Source: Hormiphora californensis
Taxonomy: Eukaryota; Animalia; Ctenophora
Direction of reading: 5' to 3'
Length of the DNA stretch: 64,000 nt
Assembly: GCA_020137815.1 (NCBI GenBank)
Contig: CM035360.1
Location: forward strand, 6,634,001 to 6,698,000
Shown: positions 15,401 through 29,088 of the stretch, piece after piece
Layout of the letters: the number at the start of each line of letters is the position of its first letter
How positions within the stretch are numbered: the stretch's first letter is position 1
Notes under the pieces: generated by a model
The model's database searches: none
The model's input: only the letters and a program-made list of their open reading frames with translations
Told to the model about the DNA's origin: nothing
Position numbers and translations under genes: made by a program

Positions 15401-18400
15401 TGATATTGGTGATTGTTATTTATTGGTATATTCAGATGGCCTTGTTAGAAGTCGCTCTTCTTGTTTTGTTCCGATTTGGAACATGCTTAATTCCTATAAT
15501 TAACTATAATTAGTAATTACCCCGCTGCTTTTTATGATACTGTGTGATCCTACTTTCTATAGTGTTACACTAGATAGTAGTGTCACGCACACCGCGTAAT
15601 ATGTGATGCTTCTTTGAGATTTTATATTCTTTAACCTTTTTACTATTGATCAGGGTGTGTAAAGGGTGCTCTAAAATATATTGACTGTACTACAACTACC
15701 AAGTGAGAGATTGAGAAAGATGATTACCACATGATATGATGATTTTGATTTGAGAAAGGCCCCGACTTGCTCACTGTTTGTTAGTTCATTAAACCACCAA
15801 CAAATAAATGCGTATCTTTTGTAGTGAAGAATATTCCTCGGAAAAGTAATGTTAGGTGATGAGAGGTGTGACGTGAGAACACTTGACACACAGTACCGAC
15901 CAGTACCAACAAAGATTTGGTTCCGCCTGGTACTCAGATCCAGATTTCCAGCGGCCAATTGTTTGTAACGCGCACAGACCGCTCTATGGTCCTATCCGCG
16001 CGCACTAGAATTCTGCACGTGCAGCGCTGACCAGGGTCTGCTTTACCGATTTACGGCCAATCCACGGTCATTGCATTTGGTTCCAAAATCCACTTCCATT
16101 TGGGTACAAATTAAAAGGACTTGGTTTCATAATGATATATCAAATACAATGAATATGGATATGTACAGATGTAGTTAGAGACCATTCCCACTAGGTACCT
16201 CTCAAATGATACACACCACACCATGACCACAGTGCCAACACAGCCCTTGAGAGGAAATTCAAATCGGACAGAATCCAGGATATCAGAGAAATTGTTGTGT
16301 ACTAATACTCAACAAAAGATATCGATTCAAGACCAGAATTTTATTTAGAGAATGGGAAGACCCAATTTCAAAGAATGGTTCGGTGTGTGTCAACTGTGGT
16401 CAGGGTGTGATTGTGTATACACAAGAGAGAGATACCCATATTATATCAGCAAAATATAACAGCAAAATAAACTGTGACTACCAATTTGGTGCAGATACGT
16501 AATACATATTTGAAAACCCGGGAACACACGATTAACAATACTGATTTGTGTATTGGAACGATGAGTGTGAATCAACCTCTACTTTCTATCTCTACTCTAT
16601 CTTTCCTAACCGTTACACCATACAATTGATCTTAACTATCTACTACATACACATTACACACCACTCGCTATCATTCACTTCTTCATTCTCTACCCATTCT
16701 CTAATTATCTACCATCAACTCGTTCGTTCCAAACACACAATATATATTGATTTTCTCACGGGATAGTAATCACAGTAAAAATTTTGCCAAACTTAATTTC
16801 GTAAAACCCAAACCTGATACATAATACGATAATATTGAATTGTCTTTTTTTTGTTCGGATCAAAAAACACATGTACAGAGTAGTATAAGACTAAATATAT
16901 AAGAGAGGATATTATATATAAGTGCGACTGAAGAAATGAACACACGCAAAAAATTAAATTCTCCCAATCCTCTCTCTCTTGAATTTTCAGGATTGAAAAA
17001 GTGAAAAAAAAACAATGTAAATTATTTCAGGCCAAAGCGGTCTTCTGCATAAGTTTTCCACCATTATAATTGCAACTCCTGTCTCATTCTCGCCTCCCCT
17101 TAGCCAATAGAGCAACTGGGAAAGACGGATCTAAGAACAGAGAGTTGGAATGGTGATATTTTTGTAAAAATAGAGATGGTAGGTAGCTAGCAAAATATAG
17201 AACACAAATACACACACACAACTAATAACTAGAGAGGAAAACAAGTGATTTTCTTTGTGTAGATCTCATCACGGTTTTATTAAACCCAGGTTGCAACTAC
17301 ACTCTCTCTCTGTTTAATCCCTGACTACACAGCTATTATATCGGTACTACTGCTAGTAATATATTTGTAACACAATTGCTGCTGTAGAATTATGATCATA
17401 TCCCAAAAACAAATACACAAAAAAAACTTTGCACAACATAGAATGCTAAACAAACCCTCTCTCTTATTATGAATTACTGTGGCGTGTAACTTCTATTTAT
17501 ACCAGAGATATATTTATATTGTGTTTTTGGATGTAACACCGTGTGATCTGTAACAGAGTTGTTATTCCCATTCCGTCAGGCCAATGCTCTGACAGTTCCC
17601 ATTAGTTCTCAATCACACACAGTGCACGGTACCCCCAGATTATTATTATTATTATACCCCTACCACTATAATTATACACATAGCTATTAGCAATAATCCC
17701 AGGTGGAGAGATGTAAAGATACAAAGTACATGATTAAACAATTACAACTTGTAATGACAATACAATTAGTGCAACAACTGACACTATTGGTACAATTACT
17801 GCACTGAGCAATGTACATTAAAAGTGTAGTTGTTTAATCATGAACCTTCAGATACGGTATATATAGATATATTATAGAAGACCTGTCCATAAAAATTAAA
17901 CCCAACATCATAAATAGTATTTGCGTGGAAGTTAAAAACTTTTTGAAAACTATAAAATCAAAAGGGTATATGTGTTAAGGCTAAGCTCTATACGAAGATA
18001 CTGAATATTTTACCCGGCTATAATTCTAATACTAATAATCGTGCAACTAAACTGTCACTGTAATGCCATTCAGTGACAGTGATACATACACTCTCTTACA
18101 TTTCAATGTGATCTCAAAATTTCTACCCCAGTATGCGTCTAAGAGGCAACTACACAATACACACACTCACACATTATATATTGCAGTATATATATAGACA
18201 ACTTATATAATATTAGCAGGCTCTTAAACAATAATGATCTATAGCGCACTACAAAAGATACACACACATTGACACAGTGGGGGGCTTCTTCTCTCCCTCA
18301 GGCCTCAGCTAGGCAACTGAACAGGAATCAGGACCACTGGTCCAAATCGAGCTGACAGGGCTGCATCCAATAGATTCACAGAGAGAGAGAGAGAGAGAAG

Positions 18401-18705
18401 CCTCACACCGCCATCACACACACAAATATATTTATACCCTTTCCTGTACTGTAGCACTAGAACACTACTTGCCCCTCTCTCTCTTTGTACAGTTTCACAT
18501 AGTCACACATCTATCAAATAGCGTCCCACAACATGTAACACACGCACACACAAACACTGTAATTATATCACAGTTATATATTATATATCCCTCGCCTGGC
18601 AACAACAACAACAACAACTCTCTCAACTTTCTAACGGAATAGGGGTGTTTCAAATCCCCGAATATTATACCCACCACTACAACAATAATCCCAGCTGATC
18701 TCTCT

Positions 18706-21430
18706 CTATCTATCTAGGAAGAGCTCGACATACCGTGGTCCAATATGTTTCCGATCTTTCTCAACCACAGCCCTCTGAGCCTCCTCAGCACTGCTAAACC
18801 GAACATAAGCCTCCCCAGTGGGTTTCATATCATCGTTATAACACACAAAGACATCACACTCAGATAGGTTGAACCCGGAGAAGAAGTTGAGTATCTCGAA
18901 CTTGTCAGTGTTGTAAGGGATACCCCTCATTCGGACTACAGTTCTAGAGGGTAGGGTTGAGCTGCTTCCGTCTGACCAGCTCTGACCAGGGGCAGGACCC
19001 CCAGCGGGACCTCCACCACCTCCACTAGGACCTCCCCCTGCCCCGGGGGTGTCCGCGGAAAGGAAGGAATCAGAGGAGAAGAGATTGGGGAGCGCTGAAA
19101 ACAAGTTATCCGCTATTTGGTCACTCGTGTAATCTTGTACACTCACTTGAGATAATGACCGGATAAAGTCCAGCGGTAGATCGATAGGGCTGCTCTGGGT
19201 TGTATTGACTGGGTATGGAGAGAGAAGGGGAGGGGGAGCAGCGTCACTGCCACCACTCTTCCGCTGGTATCTAGCATCAGGTGGGCTGGTTTGGGGCCAC
19301 GATTGCTGGGATTTCAGAAGAGACTGGGTAGCTTGATCCAGAGCAAATGCACTGCTTGCCAGGGCCTCTGTCTGCTGCTGTTGTTCCCAGGACGTCATAC
19401 TACCAGGTAGGAGGACAGGGGAGAAGGAACCAGGAGAGGGAGGTGGGAAGATGGTGTTAGGAGACAAGAGATCAGCCCCGTTACTAGGGGACCACGGTGA
19501 GGATGGGATGTTAAACCGGAACGGACCCACTGCATTTATCATCTCTATTCTCGCACATCTAAACACCTCGATATATCTGTTTCCCATGTGTTGCTTGTGC
19601 TTCTCAGTAGCTTTAACTGCATCTTCAACAGTTGCAAAATGCACATAACCGTTGCCGGTTGGTTTGCCAGCTGCGTCGTATATGAAATGGATCCCTCCCT
19701 CTCCGAGAGTCAGACCGGAGAAGAAGTCCATTACTTGGGCCAGGGAGGCTGTGTAGGGTAGACCCCTGAGTTGTACACAGTCCATTATTGTGGAAGGTAG
19801 GGACGCACCACCTGTGTGTGAATGGAATTATTTAACGTGGTGAGTTTAAAATATTGTTAGCTTGTCAGGATCAACTTGTCAAGCTGACATGATAGGGGAG
19901 AGAGATAGAAGGATACAGAGAGAGGCACACAGAGAGACAGAGAAAGAGACATACTAAAGTAGATCCAGTACTTACTCATATCAGGTGGCTTTTTGAACTG
20001 CTGTTTGAGCCATGCGTCCTCTACTCGATTATCTGGCACCCACAAGTTGGGTACAATAGGAGAGGTAGGGTTGGAAGCGAACGGTTGCCCCATACCTGAA
20101 AGAAAGAGAGGTTGACAACAATAATTAATGAGAAATAATTCTACAGAAAGAGCCCCGCCAGCTGTGTGGAATGTTGGGCCTCTGGAATGGGGCGGGAAGG
20201 GGGGCGCGGGGTGTTAGCCTAGTCGAGTGCGCGCACTTGGAACATCTCCAACCATTATGCTACAGAGAAAGGTAACTGCAGTAGACTTGGTAAGCAGGTG
20301 AAATACCGCGCGTTACTGCTCGTCCGAGTCATGCGCTCTCCGCCTAATAAAAAAGCTTTCTTTAGCACGAATCCAGGTGGTGGAAGCCTCTAGCATTAAA
20401 GAAAGGAGAGATAGAGACGGGGTATGAAGAGAGAGAGATAGAGAGATAGAGAGAGAAAGATAGGGAGATAGAGAGAGATAAAGAGAGAACAAGTAACTAA
20501 CAGAGACTTGGAAAGATAGAGAAGTGTAAATTCTTTGTTAGCAGTTGATTGCATGAGCCAATGTTGTGTCAACTGTTGATATAATACTTAGGTAGATCAT
20601 TTGGCTCCAGTAATTATAGTGGGGCAATGTCGGATGCCGCTATAAGGATCGGGGATCCTAATTCAAAGGATCATGTCCTCCGATTCATTGCTCCGATTGT
20701 TAGAGTAAACAGAAGCCCAGAGAATTATTACTTATGAACATGGAAAATAGTAATTTGATGAGGAAATACGAGAGAGAAAGGACTATTGAAGGGCCGAGAA
20801 AAATCAGAATCTGGGGAGGTATATGACGGGTATGGGACAAAGCGAGGAATCAGAACTGCACAGAGCTGTATTTACCACCCAGGCCACATACAGTGTTTGA
20901 CACTCCCCTCTCTCTATCTCTCTCCCTCTCTCTGCTGTAGTCATTACCTAATTTGATTTCTTAATGTAACTACACAACTGTTCTCCGTACCTCTGGAACC
21001 TCTCTTCTTCTTCTTCTGCTGATGGTCTGGTGATGCGTGTAAACACAAATTAACACCGCCAACTACCAATATTATATCTGAGTCTCAATTCTCTCTCTTT
21101 TCAGTTTATTATTCTCTCATTTTCAATCTCTTCTTTTTTTGTTCTTTCTTCTTCTTCTGAATCTGTATCTCGAACATCTCTGATCTACCTTTTTTTGCTG
21201 ATCTATTGTTAGGTGATACCTATCTAGATCACTTAGTGCAGCTGATGATACTGTGACTTATTTGTTATCCCACTCTTTTAATATCTTCCTTTATTTTCTC
21301 CTACACACACAACACTATTTGTGTCTTACTACTCAGAGCTGTACTGTACAATTGTGTATATCTAGCAGCAGTAGAAGATCTACTGAGGGAGAGAGAGAAA
21401 GAGGGGGAGAGAGAGAGAGAGAGAAAGAGG

Positions 21431-21479
<49 letters not shown>

Positions 21480-21920
21480 AGAAACATAGAGAGAGGAGGA
21501 AGAGAACAAAGGAAGGAGAAGAGAAGAGAGATATTCTTCCTCTACTCTTCTCTCTATCTCTTTCTCTTCTCTTCTCTCTCTCCCTCTCTCTTCCCTCTTC
21601 TATCTCTCTTCTCTTCTGTCCCTTTCCCTCTCCTAACCTTTCTCCTCTCTCGTTCTTTTTTGCCTGTTCACTATCCGTCTCAAAGCCTTCATCTTCTCCC
21701 TTTCCCTCCGTCTCGGGTTTCCCTTGGGGCCTTGCGAGGTTGCCATTCCCCCTCTCCCTAATTACCCAGTTAAAGCTCAAATTTTCAAATGTCCATCACC
21801 AAGCCTTCACTGGCTACCCCGTGGTACAAGGGTTCAATCCTGAACCCTTGCAATGACCGGAAATTGACTTAGTTCCCCCTTCTTTCTCCTATACTATCTC
21901 TCTCGTTCTCTCTTCCTCTG

Positions 21921-21953
<33 letters not shown>

Positions 21954-24290
21954 ATCTCTCTCCCTCTCTCTCTCTCTCTCTTTCTTCCCCTCTTCTCTCT
22001 TTCCTCTCTCTTCAGGGGATACTCTTTTCCTTTCCGTCCTCCTCCTACCCTGGGTCCGTTTTTGCTTTCCCCCTAATTCCCAAAAGGAATTATAACCTCG
22101 ACTTTTTAAATGGATCGGGTTTTTTTGGGGTTGGGTCTCTCCCATTTATCAGATCCAAAGTATCCCTAATTCGAGGCTAATCCCTCTTTTTTCAGGGGGG
22201 GTCGACGGGTTTTTGGGGTGTTTTTTGAGGTATACGTTATATGAAAGCGCTGGGCAAGGCGGAAACGATTATAACAACGTCTCGATGTTTCGCGCCCGTT
22301 TGGCCCAAAAATTTGGGGGTTAACATTTGGCCTATAATGGTGGAACCCCCTTTAAAACAATTGGTGGGGTCAGAACATCCCTCATTGTACCAAAGGCTTC
22401 GTCTTGTCTTTATACAAAATTCCTGAAAATTTTATTGGGCGTTACTTCCAACTACTTCTTATTTTTGGGGTTTACAAAATTTGGGGAAAAAAACCCCTTT
22501 TTTTCCTCTTTTTGCCTTTTTTGGGGGTCCTGCCTCACTCCTGAAAAAAGGCTGGACTCAACCTTGCCGTTTGGCTAGTTTTCTAAAGCCGTGTTTCTTC
22601 AAATTTGGTGTGCGATTTTTGATTAAGGGCCCCCGTTTAAAAATTAGGGGTTTACTAAAATTTTCATGGGCAAAACAAATGTTAACCCCCATAATTTTTT
22701 AACGGGGGCCTTATCAAAAATCGCTACCCAAATTTGAAGAACAGGGATTAATTGTATTAAACTGGGGAGGGGCGGGGGAACTACCTGTTAAGGCCAGAGG
22801 GGGGGGTCGACGGGTTTTTGGGGTGTTTTTTGAGGTATACGTTATATGAAAGCGGCTGGGCAAGGCGGACGATTAGAACAGACGTCATCGATGTGCGTGC
22901 ACCGTTTGGCCAAAATTTGGGGGTTAACATTTGGCCTATAATGGATGTTAACCCCTATAATCAGGATTGGTGGGGTCTGAACAACCTCATTGTACCAAAG
23001 GCTTCGTCTTGTCTTGATACAACTTCCTGAAAAGTTTTATGTCGTACTTCCAACACTTCTTGATTTTTGGGGGTTTACAAAATATGCGGAAAAAGCCCTT
23101 TTTGCCTCTAATTTTGCTCTTTTTGGGGACAATCTGACTCATTCCGGAAATACGGGCTAGGACTCAGACCTTGCCGTTTGGCATAGTTGTCTAGAGGACC
23201 GAGCAAGAGAGGAGAGAGTACCCGAGAGTGAGAAAGAGGGGGAGAAAGGGGGAAGAGAAAGAAGGAGGGGAAGAAGAGAGAGGGTAGCCCGGGGGGGGGG
23301 GGTTAAAAAAAATAAAGTTTTTTTCCATACAATATGCAAGTGCATAAATAAGTGAGCTAAGTTGTTGTCGCATTTGGGTGGAGTGGCAATTTGGGTAGGG
23401 AATGTGTGACACATCAGAACTAACTGATTTAATTTATTAATTAGCTGATGCAGTCAACTAATTAGTTAATTGAAATTTCCCTTGGAAGGGTACAGAGATG
23501 GTTGGAGTGACTTCCCAGAGCGGCGTAGGCTCCCCTGAAAAGCGGCCAAAGTCCAGGGAGTGGGATGCGTTCACTGTAACAGGGATGTGGGTTAGTATGA
23601 GAACAATAGATAGATATCAATGGAATAGAAAGAGAGGGAGAGACATAAAGATAGTGATAAAAAGTAAGAGATAGAAAGAGAAGGTAGAGAGTAAGTGATA
23701 GAAAATGGAAGGGGAAAGATAGATGATAGAGTAAGAAGGTAAGAAAAATAGTATAAAATGAGAAGCAAAAGAAGGAGAAGCTAGATAGAAGGAAAGGCCG
23801 GGAGAAGAGATACCGGCTGTCAGCACGCAGCGTCAAAACATGTCATACACTCTCTCCCTTTCTCAGGTACACACGAAAATAGTCCAGAAATTGATGTGAG
23901 GAAGCTGATTTCGAGCTGGTTCAAAGTTCAAACTTGAGTTATGAATTTGCGGGAACGATACTATCCTAATCATTTACATTTTGTTTTTTGTTACGTTTTT
24001 TATCCGAACCCAAAATTATCAGAGTGCCAAAAAATTTCCCCCCCCCCAACCTAAACTTTCTGGATTTACACTGTGACAGGTCTCGATCAGGTGGCGATCA
24101 TTCCGGAGAGAGAGAGAGGAATATGCACCAGGAAGCCCGTGTATAGAGATAGCTTACACCCACACACACAGACGTGCAATGGGTTACATGTGAGAGCGAA
24201 GGGATGGGGAGACAGAGAGAGGGAGATCGATAGAGGGATGGGGAGGGAAAGATCGATAGAGGGATGGAGAGGGAGAGAGAGGGAGAAAGT

Positions 24291-24337
<47 letters not shown>

Positions 24338-27142
24338 AAAAAAAAAAAGGTAATTTGGGGGGGGAAGAGGAAAAAAACGTTTCGTTGTGGTTTTCGTGTC
24401 TTGTAAAAGGCCTGCTATGACGGGGTGGGTGGGGAGGACCTTGCTTTTTGCTTGTGTGATGCTGAAATTCCCCCAAAATTTTTTCTCTCTTTTCTCCCCC
24501 CCTCCCCTTTCTTCCCTTCCTTCCCCCCTTTTCTCCCCCTTCCCATCCCCCTCCCCAATCCCTTCCCCCCCTTTATCAAGCTACCCCTCTCATCCCAAGC
24601 CATCTCTTCTCCCTGTCATCTTTCCCCTTCATCTCCTTTCCTCCCTTTCCTTTGATGGCTCATAATTACTAGTGGCTTTTAAACAGTCTTAAACACCCCT
24701 TAATATTTTCCGAAAAATCGGGGGGGAGAGAAGAGGGAAAAAGAGGATGGGGAGAAAGGAGAAGAGAGAAAGAAAGAGAGAGAGAGGAAGAGAGAAAATT
24801 AGAAGAGAAAAAAAATTTTAAAAAGGAAAACCCCAAAAAAGGGGGGGAAAAAGGAGCGAGGGGGGAAGAGAATATTAAAAGGGGGGGGAAAAAAAAAAGG
24901 GGATAAACCCCAAAAACCCAAAAAAAAGGGGGGGAAGAAAAGGGGGAGGGATTTTGGGGGGGGGGGGAAAAAAGGGGGGGGGGAAAAAAGGGGAAAAGGG
25001 GGGGAAAAAGGGAAGAAAAATAAAAAGAAACCCCAAAAAGGGGGGAAAAAAAAAAGGGGGGGGGCCCAAAAAAAATATATTGGGAAAAACCTGATCTTTT
25101 CAAAGTCTCTTCTACTCACAGAATTAAATGGTGCACTTACACTTTTGTCGTGTCGGATTCAGCTTCGGCCGGGGCTGTGATGCGGGGCTGGCTATAGCTC
25201 TTTTCAAAGCTAACTCCATCTCCTCTCCAGACGATTTAAATAACTCGATGTACCTGAAAAGTGGGGGTATGATTAAATGGAGGTTTGGGATAGTTAACAG
25301 GTTAGAGGGTTTGGAATTGAAAATGAGAACACAGGATTTGTTCGGAGACTCTCTCTCGTTTCGGCCTTATTGAATGATCCTAATAGTATATGTGACCAAT
25401 ATTATAGGGCATAATGATTTGTCCGAAGTCCCCCGACCCTGTGCTGTGTCATGGGAACGGTGGGTTTCAGACGCAGACAGGGAAGGAGTCCCCATCCTTG
25501 TCCCTCTATCCCTTTCTCTCTCTCTATCTCTGTCTATGTCTATCCTCTCTCTTCGTCATCCCTCACTGTCCCTTGGTATGTTTACACATGATGAGCGGTT
25601 TAAATCGCCCGCAACTGATTACGATATGGGTACCAGACAGAAACCAATTAACAGACAAGAAACCAATTAACAGACGATCTAACCAGACAGAAACCAATTA
25701 ACAGACGATCTAACCAGACAGAAACCAATTAACAGACGATCAATCAGACAGAAACCAATTAAAAGCTATCTATCCAGACAGATTAGGTAGGAAATGCGAC
25801 AACTAAGGGAACAGTATTCCTAAACCTCCTAAAAGTCCTAAAATTATACGGATACATCCCCTATGACACAGTGTGTAATATGAAACCTTCCAAAACCCAA
25901 AACTGCAACACTTGTATATTGTTGTAGTATGTTGTTGATGTTATTACAGTGTGCGATAACTGTTTCCGTGTGTAAACAAGCTACTTGACAGTGCGTCAGT
26001 ACGTGTGGTAAGTGTTGTAGTTGCTTGGGGTGATTAATAATAAAAGTATAGCTGAGAAATTCGGGGTGGGGGAGAGAGAAAGAGAGAGAAAGAGAGAAAA
26101 AGAGAGAGGAAGAGAGAGGAAGTTGTGTTCTGAAGAAGAAGAAGTGGAAGGCATTGAGGCACGAAGTGTATTCGTGTGTACACAATTTGTGAGCTATGTC
26201 TCTCTTCCTACCTCTCTCCCGTGTCGGTCAGTTCTCTCATTTCTCTCTCCGCTCTTTCCTTATTTCTCTCGGAGCGCGTGTGTACCAATTATGGAGTAGG
26301 AAACCGCTATTACGGTAGTGTAATATGCTAACTGGGAACCGCTCCCACAATTCCCATTGGCTGGTTACTGTCACGTGACCCCCGTGAAGCGCTCTCATTG
26401 GCTCAGCCGCAGACACGACGCTGTCTGTTTCGCGGCGTGGTGGTGTGTTAATTTTTTACACACGGAAGATAGAGGTCGCATAGTTCCTTAAATTACCGTT
26501 TACCGATATATATATGTACCTACTAGGGGTGCCCCACGGGGTTAAATTTACTTCCTCCTTCGAGAAATAGGGGAGAGAGAGAGAGAGAGGAGATAATAGA
26601 GAGATGGATCGGGATTGTAATAAATTTAACCAATTGGAAAGCTCTAAAAACCATAATATTACTAATTATCACAAATTATCACAAATTATTACCTTTTTCC
26701 AATATGTTCCCTGTTCCGGGTCATGGCTCGTTGGAAGTTATCCTCATCACAAAACAGCACATACGCCTCCCCCGTTACCCTTCCGTCTCCGTTCCTTGCC
26801 AGGACAATGCCATCCTGACTTATCTCCAGACCTGGAAGGGGAGATGGTTAAATCTAACAGGAAAATAATAAAATGGGGGAGGCGAGCGGAAATGTATGGG
26901 ATGGAAATTCAAATTGCCAAGGAACAGAGACATAATGAATAGTGAAATGCGCCAGATGGAGATGAATAAAAGAAAGGAAAGTGGTATACCATCAACACAG
27001 CTGGTGACAGCGTGCAATAGCAGCTAATTAATGATTGCATTAATAATGTCTCCTTACCACTGAAGAATTCTCTAATATCGTGAGGGGTAGCGGACCATGG
27101 TAGGCCCCTCATTCGGACAACAGGGCCACAAAAACGCCCCAT
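18706..27142 (-). CDS. ESRP/Fusilli- or hnRNP F/H-family RNA-binding protein with three quasi-RRMs (~520 aa)
   Basis: Exons 27058-27142, 26693-26831, 25141-25253, 19976-20095, 18706-19811 join in frame (1563 nt). qRRM motifs: VVRMRGLPW...TGEAYVLF...HIGKRYIELFKS, DCVQLRGLPY...MGNRYIEVF, VVRMRGIPY...IGPRYVELF. Confidence 0.88.
21400..25080. other. Low-quality / homopolymer-inflated intronic sequence with a noisy duplicated ~400-bp segment (about 22190-22590 and 22800-23190)
   Basis: Many of the differences between the two copies are indels or homopolymer-length changes; 24350-25080 is mostly G/A/C/T runs. Confidence 0.7.
25634..25781. repeat. Minisatellite, ~31-bp unit CAGACAGAAACCAATTAACAGACGATCTAAC
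   Basis: About 4-5 imperfect tandem copies read directly. Confidence 0.85.
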
Positions 27143-28162
27143 AACTCCGCATCATCAATCGGGATACCCCACTTCACAATTCATTCACATAAATCGCTCC
27201 TATCAGTAACATGGAGGATTAATACAACAATAACACAACTCCTCTTACTCTAGGCAGATTTCAACTGAAGTTGTTAAAAACAAGTGAAGCCATGTAATAC
27301 AGACTACTCAGTACAGACTGTCCATTACAGGAAGAACATAGCAGTGACTCAGCCTGATTCACTGCTTTGTTCTTCCTGTAATGGGAGTCACTCAGGAATT
27401 AACAAAGTGATTTTTCGTGATTTTGTTGAGGTGAAAGTTGTACAACACTGATCAATATTATTTCAAAGGGCGTAGATGTCTACCAGACAAAACACTTTGC
27501 AGAATGGCCGAACAACAAAGCAAGGAACTGACTGATCGTCTGTGTAGGGAGTGAGGAACCAGACTTTTTTAATTGGTAATAAAGAGGAATCAAGGCCTTG
27601 CAACGTTCGACACTAACCAACTGGCAAAAAAGCCCTGGAGTTCACAGTTCCGACTATTTTTCTTTACTCCCAAGCGTCAAAATCCATCAGATTACAAATG
27701 TCGACTGAAACCGGAGTTATCGTCTAGCCAGCAGGTATATGCTACAGGCCTCTCTATTTCACGCGTAGTAAATGATAATGCTTTCGAACCAGGCCCCAGG
27801 TCGGGTAGGAGAAAGAAAAAAAAGTTTCAAATTTTGTGATTTAAAATTTTGAAGTTTGCGAGGTTTTGCAAATTCAGAATTTGAAGAACTTCGATCTAAC
27901 GCGCGGCTTAAAATGCAGCGTTTGTATTCTGTAATTTAGCGCGTTCCATAAATTTCGGTAATTTGGCAGCGCATATTTGAATCTCGAAGTAAAATTTTGC
28001 TTTGATTTTTCAAACTTTTGCGAGTTTTACAAACATTTAAAAAAAAACGTTTGGCCGATTTCTCGTTTTCCAACTTCCTACCCTCTGTCCTTGCTAAATC
28101 GCGCTCTTAATTAAAAACAAATCAGTTTGAATAAACTTAATAACGTTAACTGGTATCTAGCC

Positions 28163-28771
28163 ATGGAGAAACAGTTTGAAATCCCAACTCTGCGTCCCAG
28201 CACTGGCCCCAAAGTTACCACCACCACCGGAACGTTTGGAGTTGTCGACACACTAAGGCACGTATCGACTGCCAATTTCCAAACCATTCTTCATAACTTC
28301 AATTACTACACACTTTCTGTTTTCGTGGTTTCCGAAACTAACACAACTCGTCTACAGGTCTGGATTTGTAAACACCCGATCAGAGCTCACTGCCAGGCAC
28401 CCCCTCGAGCAGTCAGAGGCCCTGTATGATTTCAACCAGCAGAAGATCCGACTTGGAATGGCCAACAAGATTGCTGGTAGTGCCCTCCCTCTGACCATCC
28501 AGGCCGAGAGGGCTTGTGCCGCTAGGGTAATTGATAAATTAATTAGTTAACGCTTCTCATTTTGTAGTGTGGTGTCTCCAATATTGCCCTCTTCAAATAT
28601 TTTGAACACCTCTATGTTTAGATTGGTCGTCTGCCCGGTCTGCGATCCTCCCGACTCCACTTTGAAGTATTTGCTGGTACAGATGAGACTATTACCATAG
28701 AAGATGTGTTTGATACCCCCAGCCCCTGGGATGAGGAACCCCAGTACACTAGGTGCAACAACACTGCTTAA
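28163..28771 (+). CDS. POMP: Proteasome maturation protein (UMP1 family), 137 aa
   Basis: Exons 28163-28257, 28358-28526, 28622-28771 (first intron GC-AG). Protein DTLRSGF...HPLEQSE...GSALPLTIQAER...IGRLPGLRSSRLHFEVFAGTDETITIEDVF. Confidence 0.9.
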
Positions 28772-29088
28772 AGTACTGATGTTCAATGACCAGCGGGGAA
28801 CTCTATTATATTTGTTCTTGTGTATAATTAGTTTACCAATTATAATTGGTGTTAAAGGCCAGAGCAGGCTTATCTGGCCTGAAACACGTTTATAAAATGA
28901 CACGTTTATTTGTTGTCTTTATACCCTCTTGAAGTCTATCTTTCCTTCATGACTCATACCTCCCAAAATCCGAGACAGTGACCCCGCTGATCCGTCAGTA
29001 AAAGTTCCAATATTACACGTACCCAATATTACACGTACCCAATATCCACCCTCCTAATTATTATACTCCCTTAAAAGTGTTGCTAAGT

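Noticed and set aside
25634-25781. CRISPR-like array
   Set aside because: Eukaryotic minisatellite with no unique spacers and no cas genes.
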